64,000 bases of DNA from Chthoniobacterales bacterium. Its GTDB lineage: Bacteria; Verrucomicrobiota; Verrucomicrobiia; Chthoniobacterales; DYNR01. The stretch is from positions 5,909 to 69,908 of the forward strand of contig JAOAAX010000001.1 in NCBI GenBank assembly GCA_026418675.1. Direction: 5' to 3'. The notes below the pieces were generated by a model that was not told where the DNA came from, ran no database searches, and saw nothing but the letters and a program-made list of their open reading frames with translations. The translations under genes and the position numbers were made by a program. Each line of letters starts with the position of its first letter. Position 1 is the stretch's first letter. Shown here piece by piece: positions 1 to 10,261 of the stretch.

Positions 1-1
1 G

Positions 2-460
2 CTTACCGTTCATTGCCTCGGTGGCCCTTCCATGTTAGACGCAGCCGTCAGTGCAGCAAAAGAAGCAAACATCGCCTTACTCGGCGTCACCTGCCTCACT
101 AGTATGGATGAGAACGAAACAAGGGCAATCGGTTACACAGCCTCACCAACAAACGTCTGCCTCAACCTTGCTAAACTTGCCAACATGTTCGGCCTCTCCG
201 GCATAGTTGCTAGCCCTCTCGAAATACGTCCTATCCGCCACCTCTTCGGTGACAATTTCCTCATCGTCACTCCAGGTATTAGACCCAAAGGTAGCTCATT
301 GGCTGACCAAAAACGCACCCTCGACCCTGCCTCCGCTTTCCAAGCCGGAAGCGACTACCTTGTTATCGGACGCCCACTCTACACTGCACCAGACCCCGTC
401 GCCGCCCTCAATGCAATTGTTAAGGATATCGAGCAATCCACAAAACCTCAAACTTACTAG
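2..460 (+). CDS. pyrF: Orotidine 5'-phosphate decarboxylase, 5' truncated by window edge
   Basis: The frame is open from the window start (LTVHCLGGPSMLDAA). OMPDC motifs GVTCLTS, VTPGIRP, DQKR and LVIGRP are present. Confidence 0.95.
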   Translation, partial: LTVHCLGGPSMLDAAVSAAKEANIALLGVTCLTSMDENETRAIGYTASPTNVCLNLAKLANMFGLSGIVASPLEIRPIRHLFGDNFLIVTPGIRPKGSSLADQKRTLDPASAFQAGSDYLVIGRPLYTAPDPVAALNAIVKDIEQSTKPQTY

Positions 461-472
461 CTCCACAACTCA

Positions 473-1603
473 ATGTCCCTCCTTAGCGAATTACTTCAAA
501 AATTTTGGGGCATCTTTTCCGACATGTCCCCCTACCTTTGGGCGGGCTTTTTCGCTGCCTTCCTCCTCCGTCGTTTCATCCGCACAGACTTTATCCGCTT
601 CTATCTGGGAACCGAAAACATCCGCTCCGTTTTTTACGCCACTTTGATTGGAATTCCCATCCCCCTCTGTTCCTGCGGTATCCTCCCTCTCGCCACAACT
701 TTCCGCCGCCAAGGGGCAAGTCGGGCCGCAGTTTGTGCTTTTGCTATCTCCACCCCTCAAACAGGCGTTGATAGCTTTCTTGCAACAGGCGGCTTGTTGG
801 GTTGGCCAATCGCATGCCTCCGCGTCCTCGCTGCTTTCATAACGGGAACCCTCGCCGGTATTCTCGTGGCATTAGCGGACAAGACTTTTTCCCAATCCAT
901 TAATCAACCCTTCTTTCCAGAACAACCCAACCCTCAATCTCTTTCATCAAAATCGGATTCCCCTTGCCCGCAAACTAGCTCCCTCTGCTCTTGCTCCCCC
1001 TCCAACAAACAATTCGAATCCTCGTCAATTCAAAGTTCACAAACCCAACAATTCCCCATCACTTCCACGTCCCACGAAGCAGCTCATTTCGCTTTCCTAC
1101 GCTTACCCGCAGACATCGGTCCAACCATTCTCCTCGGAACTTTCCTCGCTTCCGCTCTTATCCTCCTAATCCCTCCGAACTACCTCCAACAAATCCCTGG
1201 CGGCAAATTTAGCATCTACCTCGGTGTTACGATCTTTGCACTTCCCGTTTATGTTTGCTCAACCGGTGCAATCCCACTTGCCTTTGGCATGCTATCAGCA
1301 GGTTTCCCCATCGGTTCAGCTTTCATCCTCCTCTGCGCTGCACCTTCTATTAGCATCGCTTCGCTTTTTACTCTCTCTCGCTTAGTCGGAATTCCCGCAC
1401 TCCTCATCACCATCCTCGCCCTCCTTTCCACCACTTGGACGCTCGCCTTCTTCCTGGATAACATTCCCCAACTTACTCATATAATCGCCCAATCCACCAC
1501 CCACAGCACATCTGCTCCTCAGTGGAAAGAAATCCCCGCACTCCTCCTCCTCGCGCTATTCTTCTTCTCTTACCTCCAACAAAAGTTTCATCCCCAAAAA
1601 TAG
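473..1603 (+). CDS. Permease of the DUF318/ArsP (SO_0444-like metal efflux) family
   Basis: Many TM segments. Paired motifs PLCSCGILPLA and YVCSTGAIP, plus STPQTGVDS. Central Ser/Cys-rich linker. Confidence 0.85.
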   Translation: MSLLSELLQKFWGIFSDMSPYLWAGFFAAFLLRRFIRTDFIRFYLGTENIRSVFYATLIGIPIPLCSCGILPLATTFRRQGASRAAVCAFAISTPQTGVDSFLATGGLLGWPIACLRVLAAFITGTLAGILVALADKTFSQSINQPFFPEQPNPQSLSSKSDSPCPQTSSLCSCSPSNKQFESSSIQSSQTQQFPITSTSHEAAHFAFLRLPADIGPTILLGTFLASALILLIPPNYLQQIPGGKFSIYLGVTIFALPVYVCSTGAIPLAFGMLSAGFPIGSAFILLCAAPSISIASLFTLSRLVGIPALLITILALLSTTWTLAFFLDNIPQLTHIIAQSTTHSTSAPQWKEIPALLLLALFFFSYLQQKFHPQK

Positions 1604-1699
1604 TTCCAAACCCACCACACGTTTCTAATTAACTGCCCTCCTTCCCTCTAAAAAGCATCGCAAAGTAAGAAGCAGTCCACTTATGACCTTTCCTTCAAA

Positions 1700-3140
1700 C
1701 CATAGCCACAGCAGGAACCACTAGCGGCATCTGATCGCCAAACGCCTCATCCCTCTACGTCCTCCAGAAACACACCCGCCATCCTCTCCCTGGAACCCTG
1801 ATTTCAATCACCCATACAAATCTTTCTCCATCACTACCTTGGAACTAAAACGTGACCTTGCAAACCTTATGACCAATTCCCACAGTTACTGAAAAGCGAT
1901 TTTTTGACATTATGGTCCACTTTTTTCATCTGCTAGGAGGGGGAGCTAATCAAAAGCACAGCTGGAGCTTGGCAATGGATCGCAAAAATCTCCCCAGAAA
2001 TAAAATTATACGTCCAGAAAACGTCCCACATGCCTTCGCTTCAGCAAAAACACCATCCGACAATATTAACGAAAAACCTCCAAATCTGTTATCATCCGCT
2101 TTGCAAAAAATTACTCATAAATAGCTCCGAAATCTCCGCCTCTAAGCCAACACTCCGCTCGGCCATGGTTCAAAATAACTTATCACCACATAAGCCAACG
2201 TTGCCGTTACCTCGGCCCAAAAGTCTCTCATAAAAGCTTAATTTGTAAGACTAATTCCAGCGCTCAACCAACCTCTAATTGAAGATAAAGACATCAAATT
2301 TCTCAAATCTCCAACGCGATTTGATTCACTTCAGTTAGCCCGGCACGCTTCCATCTCCCGCAATTTCGATAAACAGGGAGACGCCTCATGGTGCTCGCTA
2401 ACGGTGCTCGCATCCGCTTGCTCCTCAAAAATCAGAGGGGGGGGAACGAAACTGACAACCTCCAAACTCACCTAACGCACTGTCGAATATTCAAACTGAA
2501 TTCACTTCCTCTAATACTGACGTATAACGTGTCTCTCCGGCATACTTCATCATCCTGGAGGGAGGCGCCGCAAGCGAAAATTCCGCAGCATAAGCTAGTT
2601 TTACCTATTTCTTTAAATTCCAAACTCCGGCAGGAGGAACGCTCCTCTTTAAATAACAAACAGATATAGATTCTCATGCCGTCCTAACGGCCCCTAGCCG
2701 ATCGCTTCCGAAATTTTACCACCAAAGACCTTAAAACCCTGCCCAAAGTTTCCTTGTGAAAAAAGGCCAAATTCTCTCCCTCTCCGCCACAGAAATGACT
2801 GGGTTCCCTGGTAGAATGACGCACACGGGGTCACTTACCACCTCCACATGGTGTCCCTACGAAAGCTCTAAAGTTTTAACAAACGATTTCTTTGTCCGTT
2901 TAACTGACATGTCTATTCCATGGCAACTCTCAATAAAAAGCCAACTTTCTGAAGATATTTGCCTGAAAGCTGAACAAAAGCTCTGGACCGCCAACACACA
3001 CATGAGTCTCATCTCCGGCGCTAACTCGCTACTTCGCGTATCATCGTCAGTCTGCTCGAGACGATGCAGCAAAATAATTCGTCCGCGATTTCGCCGCTGC
3101 TTAGAAAAAATCATCAATCTTGATCCCCTCGACATCTCTC
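1700..3140 (+). pseudogene. katG: Heavily decayed catalase-peroxidase (C-terminal half); boundaries approximate
   Basis: KatG-like fragments occur in the correct order in different frames: GELIKSTAGAWQWIAK (~1940), ARPWFKIT (~2160), ANGARIRL (~2400), ADRFRNF (~2700), LSLSATEMT, VLTNDFFVRLTDM (~2875), GANSLLR and INLDPLD (~3120). Confidence 0.85.
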
Positions 3141-3220
3141 GACGCTCGTTCGGCATCTCTCGATGCTAATGTCCTTTTTTCACACTTTAACAATTCGCTA
3201 ATGCCCTCCATTTTTCCGAC

Positions 3221-3250
3221 TTGACCTATAAGCTCACTTTAAATTAATAT
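3221..3250 (+). promoter_or_regulatory. Putative sigma70 promoter of tRNA-Gly
   Basis: TTGACC-N18-TAATAT lies about 20 nt upstream of the tRNA. Confidence 0.4.
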
Positions 3251-3269
3251 TAATCAACTAGTTTATCCG

Positions 3270-3343
3270 GCGGGTGTAGTTTAACGGTAGAACGGTAGCT
3301 TCCCAAGCTGCATGCGGGGGTTCGACTCCCCTCACCCGCTCCA
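3270..3343 (+). tRNA. tRNA-Gly (anticodon CCC)
   Basis: Acceptor stem GCGGGTG/CACCCGC. Anticodon arm GTAGC-TTCCCAA-GCTGC. T-loop GGTTCGACTCC. Encoded CCA. Confidence 0.97.
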
Positions 3344-3368
3344 CTCTTCCCTTAGTCCCCCCCAGGGC

Positions 3369-5993
3369 TCAATTCGCCCGCAGCATTTCTTGGATGGTTT
3401 TCTTAATTAGCGTAATAGCCTGATAGAAATTTATCGGCTTCCCGTCGGGATCAAGAATCTCTGAATAGCGGCTGTAAACGTTAACCCCCTGATTGAGAGC
3501 AATCTGATTAAAGTCCAAGGGTGCATACTCCGAAAAATGCTTAAGAATATCGGGCGGAATAATCCCTAACGCTTCCTTCTCAGAAGTTTCTTGCTCCAAA
3601 AATAAATCAGGAAACAAGGCAGAAAGGGAAGTGTAAAGCTCAGAACGAAAAACAGTTAGAAAATCCTCCAAACGAGTCGAAAAGCGTTCAGAATGGAGTG
3701 GGCGGCAAACAAGCAAAAACACGTTCGGTAAGGCAGCTGATTTTTTGTTATAAAAGGATAGCGGATCAGGATAAAGAGACCAAATTGCAGAAATCGAAAG
3801 TCCAGCTCTCAAAATGGCTTCAATAAATTTATCCCAATTCGGTTCAGGTTGGGTTTTCTTATCATAAAAATGATAGTGACAGAAAACCGTAATCGGAAAT
3901 GAGGGATGAGTTTGCTTGGCCATCCGCACAAATGCCTGCGTCAATCCCTCCAAAAAGTAACGCTTGGCTGCTTCTCTGCCCCCGTGATGATAGGGTATTG
4001 CAACCAATTCTTTACTAGAAGCTATAACCGACGACGAGAATAACTCCGGATAAATATTCCGCAATGGGCGTTGAAGCCAAACATAGAAAAAATTCGATAA
4101 ATCAGCATAGGCAATGTTGTCAAAAGTTGGTGGAGCGGTTGAAATAATTGCCCCGTGAGCAAAAGACTGGTTCTGTGCAGGTGAAAGTTCAACTGTAGCT
4201 GAATCGAAGCAAACATTCTGAGGAAGGTTTTCCATTAACCCCTGCAATTGAGATAGCCAGCCATACGGAGAGAGACAAAATGGATTAACCTCCACGAAAT
4301 TCCAAACCATCGGCAGCTTGGCTTCCCGAAATGTAGGAAGAACCGTATGGCTTGCCGACTCCCATTCACATAACGTTGACCAATAATTTGCACACCGACT
4401 CAAACACAACGCCAAAAACGTCGTTACAGCTTCAGCAACTTTTTGAGGGGAGGGGAGGGGAGGGGACCCATCTTTCAAATCATGTAATTCATCATCACGC
4501 CTCCCTTTCTGTTCCTCACCACCAAACTGCAACCCCACATCGGCAACGATCCTCTCAGGTAACTTCGTCAGCAAATCACTAAAAGTCGTTAATGCCAGAA
4601 GTTGACGAGAGGTAAACAAATCCGCAAATGTTGATAACCCATAGTCAGATTGCGGAAAAATATGCGGATTGTCGGGAAGATTTTGGACAGGACGCCACCG
4701 AGGCTTGGCACTCCTCGCCACAGCTTCTTGCTCAGGGCTCGGTGGCAAAAAAACAATTTCTCCGTCCTTCCATGCAAGAATCGCCATTAGCCTTAATCCA
4801 ATTCTTCCAGCGAGACCTTCTGACTTGATGTAACTAAGGGGTATAGGGATTCCAGACATTCCACATTCAAAGCCCGACTCCTCTCCTAAAAAAGTTCCTC
4901 TCGAGATTGGAGATTTGGGCAGCCCATGAAGTTTGGAATTCTTTAAAACAAAATCATAGGCGCGAGGGCCAACACGCGAACTTTTTGCTGATTGATGAGG
5001 TTGAACCTCAACCCACGTCTCTTCACCCGTTCGTGAAGACAAAACAAAAGATGTCGCAAGAGGAACCTCAACGTGACGAAATAGAGGATGTGGACTTCGA
5101 ACTGTGCGAACCCATATCCATGCCAATATTGGAAGCTCGAAAATCCGCCTCTCAGGAACAGGCAATTGTGAGTCCTTTAAAACTTCTTCATGGGTTGCAT
5201 GCCTTATATATCCCTCCCTCGTAATTAGAAGCTTCGCTTGGGGATAGTAATGAGACAAAAGTTCATTCCCCTCCCCAAATACCTTCTTGCCATACCTAGT
5301 CAGAGCTTCAAATAACAAACTTTTTGCTCCAGAATTACTTGGGAAACCGTAGCTTGCGCTCTTTGTCGAAGCTTGGGTTAATTCTCGAGGCTGCACTTGG
5401 TCAGACTGCGAATCCCCAAAAGGTAAACCACAAACTAAAGAGGGAAGAACCAGAATTGCTTTGTTTAAAAGAGTAGCAATCGGGTTAATATCGCTCGCTC
5501 GAGACCGAAGGCCAAGCCTTTGAGCCTCTAGGGGAATCGTCCCACTTCCGGCAAATGGATCGTGTAGCGGAGGAATAGGGGGAATTTTTCCACTTTCAAT
5601 ATAATTAAAAATTTGCTCCTTTGAATTTAGAAAAGCTTCCCGCGTAGGAGCATACTGTCCACCCCAGCTCAAAAGTATCTCCTTGCGAGCTTCCAGTAGC
5701 AAACCCTCCGATACTTCCTCATCAATCAGTTTGTCCACAATTTCATAGTAACGTCGGCGCAGCTCCCGTTGTTCCTCAATTGTTAGGTTAAGCTGACTCA
5801 ACGTTGCAGGATCATCCACCAATTGCAGGAAAAGAATAGCTCGAACAACCGAATGCGGTTGCTGTGCCCACCAAACGTGTATGTCCCGCCCTCTCCGTCC
5901 TGCCGCCTCACGATTAGTGCGAAAAAACACATTTGAAATCTTCTCTAAAGGGAACGCAACTTCTATGAGTTTTTTTTGATAAAAACTTGTCAT
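3369..5993 (-). CDS. DUF1156-family adenine DNA methylase-like protein with a degenerate catalytic motif
   Basis: N-terminal KKLIEVAFPL...HVWWAQQP...LVDDP. SAM motif DPFAGSGTIPLEAQRLG. The motif IV region reads TAPPTFDNIAYADLSNFFYVWL where the family normally has TDPPYYDN. Confidence 0.85.
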   Translation of the reverse strand: MTSFYQKKLIEVAFPLEKISNVFFRTNREAAGRRGRDIHVWWAQQPHSVVRAILFLQLVDDPATLSQLNLTIEEQRELRRRYYEIVDKLIDEEVSEGLLLEARKEILLSWGGQYAPTREAFLNSKEQIFNYIESGKIPPIPPLHDPFAGSGTIPLEAQRLGLRSRASDINPIATLLNKAILVLPSLVCGLPFGDSQSDQVQPRELTQASTKSASYGFPSNSGAKSLLFEALTRYGKKVFGEGNELLSHYYPQAKLLITREGYIRHATHEEVLKDSQLPVPERRIFELPILAWIWVRTVRSPHPLFRHVEVPLATSFVLSSRTGEETWVEVQPHQSAKSSRVGPRAYDFVLKNSKLHGLPKSPISRGTFLGEESGFECGMSGIPIPLSYIKSEGLAGRIGLRLMAILAWKDGEIVFLPPSPEQEAVARSAKPRWRPVQNLPDNPHIFPQSDYGLSTFADLFTSRQLLALTTFSDLLTKLPERIVADVGLQFGGEEQKGRRDDELHDLKDGSPPLPSPQKVAEAVTTFLALCLSRCANYWSTLCEWESASHTVLPTFREAKLPMVWNFVEVNPFCLSPYGWLSQLQGLMENLPQNVCFDSATVELSPAQNQSFAHGAIISTAPPTFDNIAYADLSNFFYVWLQRPLRNIYPELFSSSVIASSKELVAIPYHHGGREAAKRYFLEGLTQAFVRMAKQTHPSFPITVFCHYHFYDKKTQPEPNWDKFIEAILRAGLSISAIWSLYPDPLSFYNKKSAALPNVFLLVCRPLHSERFSTRLEDFLTVFRSELYTSLSALFPDLFLEQETSEKEALGIIPPDILKHFSEYAPLDFNQIALNQGVNVYSRYSEILDPDGKPINFYQAITLIKKTIQEMLRAN

Positions 5994-6131
5994 TTATTTC
6001 TTTTGCGGTGCTGTTCCCCCTCCCTCTTCTTACGAAACTTCATTTTAGTTATAACTAATCCAGACTTGAGTGTCTCAGCTAAAATAACATCCCATAATCT
6101 ACAAAATATTAGGGAGAATGCAACCCGGAAA

Positions 6132-6947
6132 TTAAACCACCCCTTGCTGAAAAACAGCCTCTTTAGCGAAATCCACCACAACAGGACAGTGATCGCTCCC
6201 TAGAATTTCAGGACAATGAAAAGCATCGAGCAGATAAGGGCGAAGTTCAGGAGTCAAAAGAAAGTAATCAATCCTCCAACCAATATTTCGCTGGCGGGAT
6301 TGGTTTTGATAGCTCCACCAAGTATAGTGACCACCCTCAGAAACCCACAATCGAAAAGCATCAAGAAAACCCAACCCTAAAACATCCTCAAAACATGCAC
6401 GTTCTTCTGGCGTAAACCCAGCATTGCCAACATTCTCTCGAGGTCTTGCTAAGTCTATTTCCTTGTGAGCCACATTCATATCACCACACAACAAAACCGG
6501 CTTCTTCTTTTTTAAACCCCAAAGAAACTTTAAAAACGCCGGAGACCATTCCTTACAGCGATAGCCCAACCGAGAAAGATCCCGTTGCGCATTCGGAATG
6601 TATGCATTCACAAGTGTTAAAGCCGGAAATTCTGTCCGCAATACCCGCCCCTCATTGTCATGTTCTGCAACTCCTATTCCCTTAAATGATTCCACTTGGA
6701 CCGGTTTTCGCATAAAGGTCGCAACTCCAGCATATCCAGGGCGTTGCGAGGAATTCCAGTGAATCTCCCATTCATCGGGAATCGCACCACCCGGTATTTG
6801 CTCCGGCTTTGCTTTTGTTTCTTGAACACAAATCACATCCGCTTCACTCCTCAATAAAAACTCCAAAAAGCCTTTCTTAAGTATCGAACGGAGACCATTC
6901 ACATTCCAACTCACAAATCGAAAAGCATCTCCAGGCTTCTTTTTCAT
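6132..6947 (-). CDS. xth: Exodeoxyribonuclease III / AP endonuclease
   Basis: Motifs SWNVNGLR, QETK, GDMNVAH, YTWWSY, GWRIDYF and SDHCP. Confidence 0.96.
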   Translation of the reverse strand: MKKKPGDAFRFVSWNVNGLRSILKKGFLEFLLRSEADVICVQETKAKPEQIPGGAIPDEWEIHWNSSQRPGYAGVATFMRKPVQVESFKGIGVAEHDNEGRVLRTEFPALTLVNAYIPNAQRDLSRLGYRCKEWSPAFLKFLWGLKKKKPVLLCGDMNVAHKEIDLARPRENVGNAGFTPEERACFEDVLGLGFLDAFRLWVSEGGHYTWWSYQNQSRQRNIGWRIDYFLLTPELRPYLLDAFHCPEILGSDHCPVVVDFAKEAVFQQGVV

Positions 6948-7095
6948 TCCTCTCCAGGAAAAAGCGTTTTCATCAAAAATACCTTCGCCCCCTCCTCATT
7001 TGGAAGCGCAAAGTTCTCTCTTTACTTCACGACACATTACTTTGTGAGAATCGCATAGATAATACCTCACTTCGACTCTTTTCCTTCTTGAAATA

Positions 7096-7125
7096 TTGAC
7101 TTTTTTCGGATAAGCGTGTTATAGT
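7096..7125 (+). promoter_or_regulatory. Putative sigma70 promoter of the gpmA-mtnP-deacetylase unit
   Basis: TTGACT-N18-TATAGT with an extended -10 TG, about 40 nt before the gpmA ATG. Confidence 0.6.
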
Positions 7126-7163
7126 CTATTCGATTTCAAAAGAGCAAAATATTACATAACGTT

Positions 7164-7910
7164 ATGCATAAATTAGTTTTGATACGTCACGGTGAAAGTC
7201 AGTGGAACCGGGAAAATCGCTTTACGGGTTGGACTGATGTTGATTTGACTGAAAAGGGTAGAGAAGAAGCCCGAACTGCCGGTCAACTCCTCAAGAAAGA
7301 AGGCTACTTCTTTGATTATGCCTTCGTTTCTGTTCTCAAAAGAGCATTGCGCACCCTCTTCATCGTATTGGACGAAATGGACCTGCTCTGGATTCCAACA
7401 GAAAAAAGTTGGCGTTTGAACGAAAGGCATTACGGCGCTTTGCAAGGCTTGAATAAATCCGAGATGGCCGCAAAATTCGGTGAAGAACAAGTAAAAATCT
7501 GGCGCAGAAGTTACGACGTTCCTCCGCCTGCATTGGAAAAAAATGACCCTCGTTATCCTGGGAACGATCCTCGTTATGCTAATTTAAGTGAGTCGGAAAT
7601 CCCCTTGACTGAATGCTTAAAAGATACAGTCGCTCGAATGCTCCCTTACTGGCACCAAGCAATAGCCCCAAAAGTGATGGAAGGGAAAAAAGTCCTCATT
7701 GCTGCTCATGGCAACAGCCTCCGAGCTTTAGTTAAACATCTCGATAATCTCTCCGACCAGGAAATTCTAGAACTCAATATTCCAACAGGTATCCCCCTCG
7801 TCTATGAGCTGGATGACCAACTGCGCCCCATTCAGCACTACTACTTAGGTGATCCGGAAGCAATTGCTGCTGCTATGAATGCCGTTGCTAACCAGGGTAA
7901 AGCAAAATGA
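7164..7910 (+). CDS. gpmA: 2,3-bisphosphoglycerate-dependent phosphoglycerate mutase
   Basis: Motifs [29 protein letters not shown] and LNIPTGIP. Confidence 0.98.
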   Translation: MHKLVLIRHGESQWNRENRFTGWTDVDLTEKGREEARTAGQLLKKEGYFFDYAFVSVLKRALRTLFIVLDEMDLLWIPTEKSWRLNERHYGALQGLNKSEMAAKFGEEQVKIWRRSYDVPPPALEKNDPRYPGNDPRYANLSESEIPLTECLKDTVARMLPYWHQAIAPKVMEGKKVLIAAHGNSLRALVKHLDNLSDQEILELNIPTGIPLVYELDDQLRPIQHYYLGDPEAIAAAMNAVANQGKAK

Positions 7911-8785
7911 AATTTTACAATGCAGATAAATATCGAATCGGGGTAATCGGAGGAAGTGGACTCTATGAATTACCCGGAGTCGAAGTAATTGACGAACTCA
8001 CTCTTGATACCTCTTTCGGTCTCCCTTCAAGCTCAGTCCTGCTTTGCAAAATCCATGACCGAGAAGTTTGCTTCCTCCCACGACATGGAAAAAAACACAC
8101 AATCGCACCCCATGAAATCAACCACCGCTCCAACATTCTAACCTTGCGAAGGCTCGGTGTCCGTTGGCTCATTTGTGTAACCGCTGTTGGAAGCCTCCGC
8201 GAGGAAATCCATCCACGTGACCTGGTCGTCCCTAACCAATTCTTCGACAGAACCAGCCGCCCCTCTCAAAACACCTTCTTCGGCGAAGGGATCGTTGCCC
8301 ACGTAAGTCTGGCTCAGCCTTACTCCGAAAACCTCCGGCATATCTTAATCCAAAGCGCAAAAGAGGAGGGAATTCGCTGTCACGAAGCAGGCACCTATGT
8401 ACAAATGGACGGTCCTGCCTTCTCTACTCGTGCAGAATCTGAATTCTATCGCAAAATGGGGTTCGATATTGTCGGTATGACCCATGCCCCAGAAGCTAAA
8501 CTCGCTCGCGAAGCAGAAATCGCATGCGCAGCACTCGCCTTCGCCACCGATTATGATTGCTGGAAATTAGAAGAAGAACCCGTCACTACAGAAGCAGTCA
8601 TCGAACATTTGCAAGCCAACATCGCTAACGCAAAACGTATCCTTTTCCGTGCTATTCTTAAAATCCCCCATGAGCCTAACTGGCCAGAACATTTTGCCCT
8701 CGATAAAGCAATTATCACCCCTAGAGAAAAATGGACATTATCGAGAATAAGGATTCTGTCTCCTTTGTTGGACCGCTTTGGTTAA
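7907..8785 (+). CDS. mtnP: S-methyl-5'-thioadenosine phosphorylase
   Basis: Motifs [27 protein letters not shown] and ATDYDCW. Overlaps the gpmA stop (ATGA). Confidence 0.93.
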   Translation: MKFYNADKYRIGVIGGSGLYELPGVEVIDELTLDTSFGLPSSSVLLCKIHDREVCFLPRHGKKHTIAPHEINHRSNILTLRRLGVRWLICVTAVGSLREEIHPRDLVVPNQFFDRTSRPSQNTFFGEGIVAHVSLAQPYSENLRHILIQSAKEEGIRCHEAGTYVQMDGPAFSTRAESEFYRKMGFDIVGMTHAPEAKLAREAEIACAALAFATDYDCWKLEEEPVTTEAVIEHLQANIANAKRILFRAILKIPHEPNWPEHFALDKAIITPREKWTLSRIRILSPLLDRFG

Positions 8786-8791
8786 TTTGTT

Positions 8792-9778
8792 ATGTTGTTA
8801 TGTAATGTTATATTATTGATTTTTACGCTTCTTTGCGGTTGTTCAGCCCAGCTTTCACAAAACCCTCTCGGCGTTCAAATCTATTCTCCCACATCAAATT
8901 CCATAAATAATTCCGTAAACGGCAAAGTTTACGAACTTCAAAAGCTCCAACCCAATCATCATCCCACTGGAGATTATCCTTTATCCATTTCTCAGGAATG
9001 GAGCATTAAACCAAATTCTCCCTATAATGGGGTAGGGGAGCAATCCGAAGAAATTCCAATTCATCCAGAGCAAGGCGAAAGTTTTAGTGGGGTGGGGGAA
9101 GGACAACATCTCCAGGAATATCAAAACCCAAAGTTGAAGTATTCATACAACTCTGTTCAAACAACCCAACCAATTATCGCTATCACATTTGATGACGGAC
9201 CTCATCCACAATTAACACCAAAACTCTTAGATATCCTTAAGCAACGAGGAATTCGGGCAACATTTTACTTAATCGGAAAAAACGTTGAGGCGTATCCCGA
9301 CATTGTTCGTAGAATAGTTGCAGAAGGCCATGAGATTGGGAACCATTCCTATTCCCATTATGCATTAACCCGTTTATCTCCCGCAAAAGTTGCAGCAGAA
9401 ATAAACAAAACCCAAGAAGCCATTCGCCATGCAACAGGAATTCTGCCTCAAACACTTCGCCCTCCCTACGGCGCAACAAACGAAAAACTCAATCGTCGTT
9501 TCTTAGAAGAATTTGGGCTTTTAACAATCCTATGGAGTGTTGATCCACAAGACTGGCGCTACCGAAATTCATCTCGCGTAACAAATCAAATTCTTCTCTA
9601 TACAAAACCAGGAGACATCATCCTATCCCACGATATCCATCCCACTACTATTGCCGCAATGCCGGCTACATTAGATGGTTTAATTCAAAAGGGGTTCCGT
9701 TTCCTTACTGTATCAGAGCTCCTTTCTTCTGCAGATACATCCACCATTCCTCCTCCAAAAAAAGCTACTGCTCCTTAA
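8792..9778 (+). CDS. Polysaccharide/peptidoglycan deacetylase (NodB/CE4), probable lipoprotein
   Basis: CE4 motifs TFDDGP, HEIGNHSYSH, RPPYG, DPQDW and ILSHD. N-terminal hydrophobic stretch ending LLCGC. Confidence 0.92.
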   Translation: MLLCNVILLIFTLLCGCSAQLSQNPLGVQIYSPTSNSINNSVNGKVYELQKLQPNHHPTGDYPLSISQEWSIKPNSPYNGVGEQSEEIPIHPEQGESFSGVGEGQHLQEYQNPKLKYSYNSVQTTQPIIAITFDDGPHPQLTPKLLDILKQRGIRATFYLIGKNVEAYPDIVRRIVAEGHEIGNHSYSHYALTRLSPAKVAAEINKTQEAIRHATGILPQTLRPPYGATNEKLNRRFLEEFGLLTILWSVDPQDWRYRNSSRVTNQILLYTKPGDIILSHDIHPTTIAAMPATLDGLIQKGFRFLTVSELLSSADTSTIPPPKKATAP

Positions 9779-10160
9779 TTTGTGCCCAACTCTTTATTTC
9801 AATTTGGAGTTTCCCTTCGTATTCACGTAAAGTCCCAACGACTTGTATCCGCTTGCCAACTAAACCTTCTAGTCGAACCCGATCTTCGGTATACTCATTA
9901 GTTTCTAAATCTGGAAAACGAATCAACTCGAGAACCCCACGCCGATTCCCATCAAAATTAACGAAAAACGCAGAGCCATCCCGACTTACTCCAATCCGGG
10001 AAACTACTCCCTCCACTGTCACAACTCTCCCGATCAATTCCCTTAATTGACTCGTCGCGCTGGCAGGAATAATTTCCTCTTGAGACTCAGCAAAAATAGC
10101 AAATGAACTAAAAAAATAAAACAACAAGAATAAATTAAAGAGCAAATAATTTTTTTTCAT
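9765..10160 (-). CDS. Exported OB-fold protein
   Basis: Signal peptide, then VVTVEGVV...LVGKRIQVVGTLREYEGKLQIEI, typical of small OB-fold proteins. Confidence 0.65.
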   Translation of the reverse strand: MKKNYLLFNLFLLFYFFSSFAIFAESQEEIIPASATSQLRELIGRVVTVEGVVSRIGVSRDGSAFFVNFDGNRRGVLELIRFPDLETNEYTEDRVRLEGLVGKRIQVVGTLREYEGKLQIEIKSWAQIKEQ

Positions 10161-10261
10161 AAATCTAGTATCTAGAAGAGATTTACATATTTCAAGTAAA
10201 GTTTTAAACTATTATTCCATTCAAAAAAATATTAAATTAAAAAAATTAATTTAATTAATTT

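Noticed and set aside
1912-3169. Several small ORFs of 67-137 aa
   Set aside because: Fragments or shadows of the katG pseudogene rather than independent genes.
3270-3368. tRNA-Gly or tRNA-His as attachment sites of an intact integrative element
   Set aside because: There is no integrase or transposase in the window, and I found no duplicated tRNA 3' end by eye.
7542-7580. Short direct repeat encoding [13 protein letters not shown]
   Set aside because: A normal coding feature of GpmA, not a DNA repeat element.
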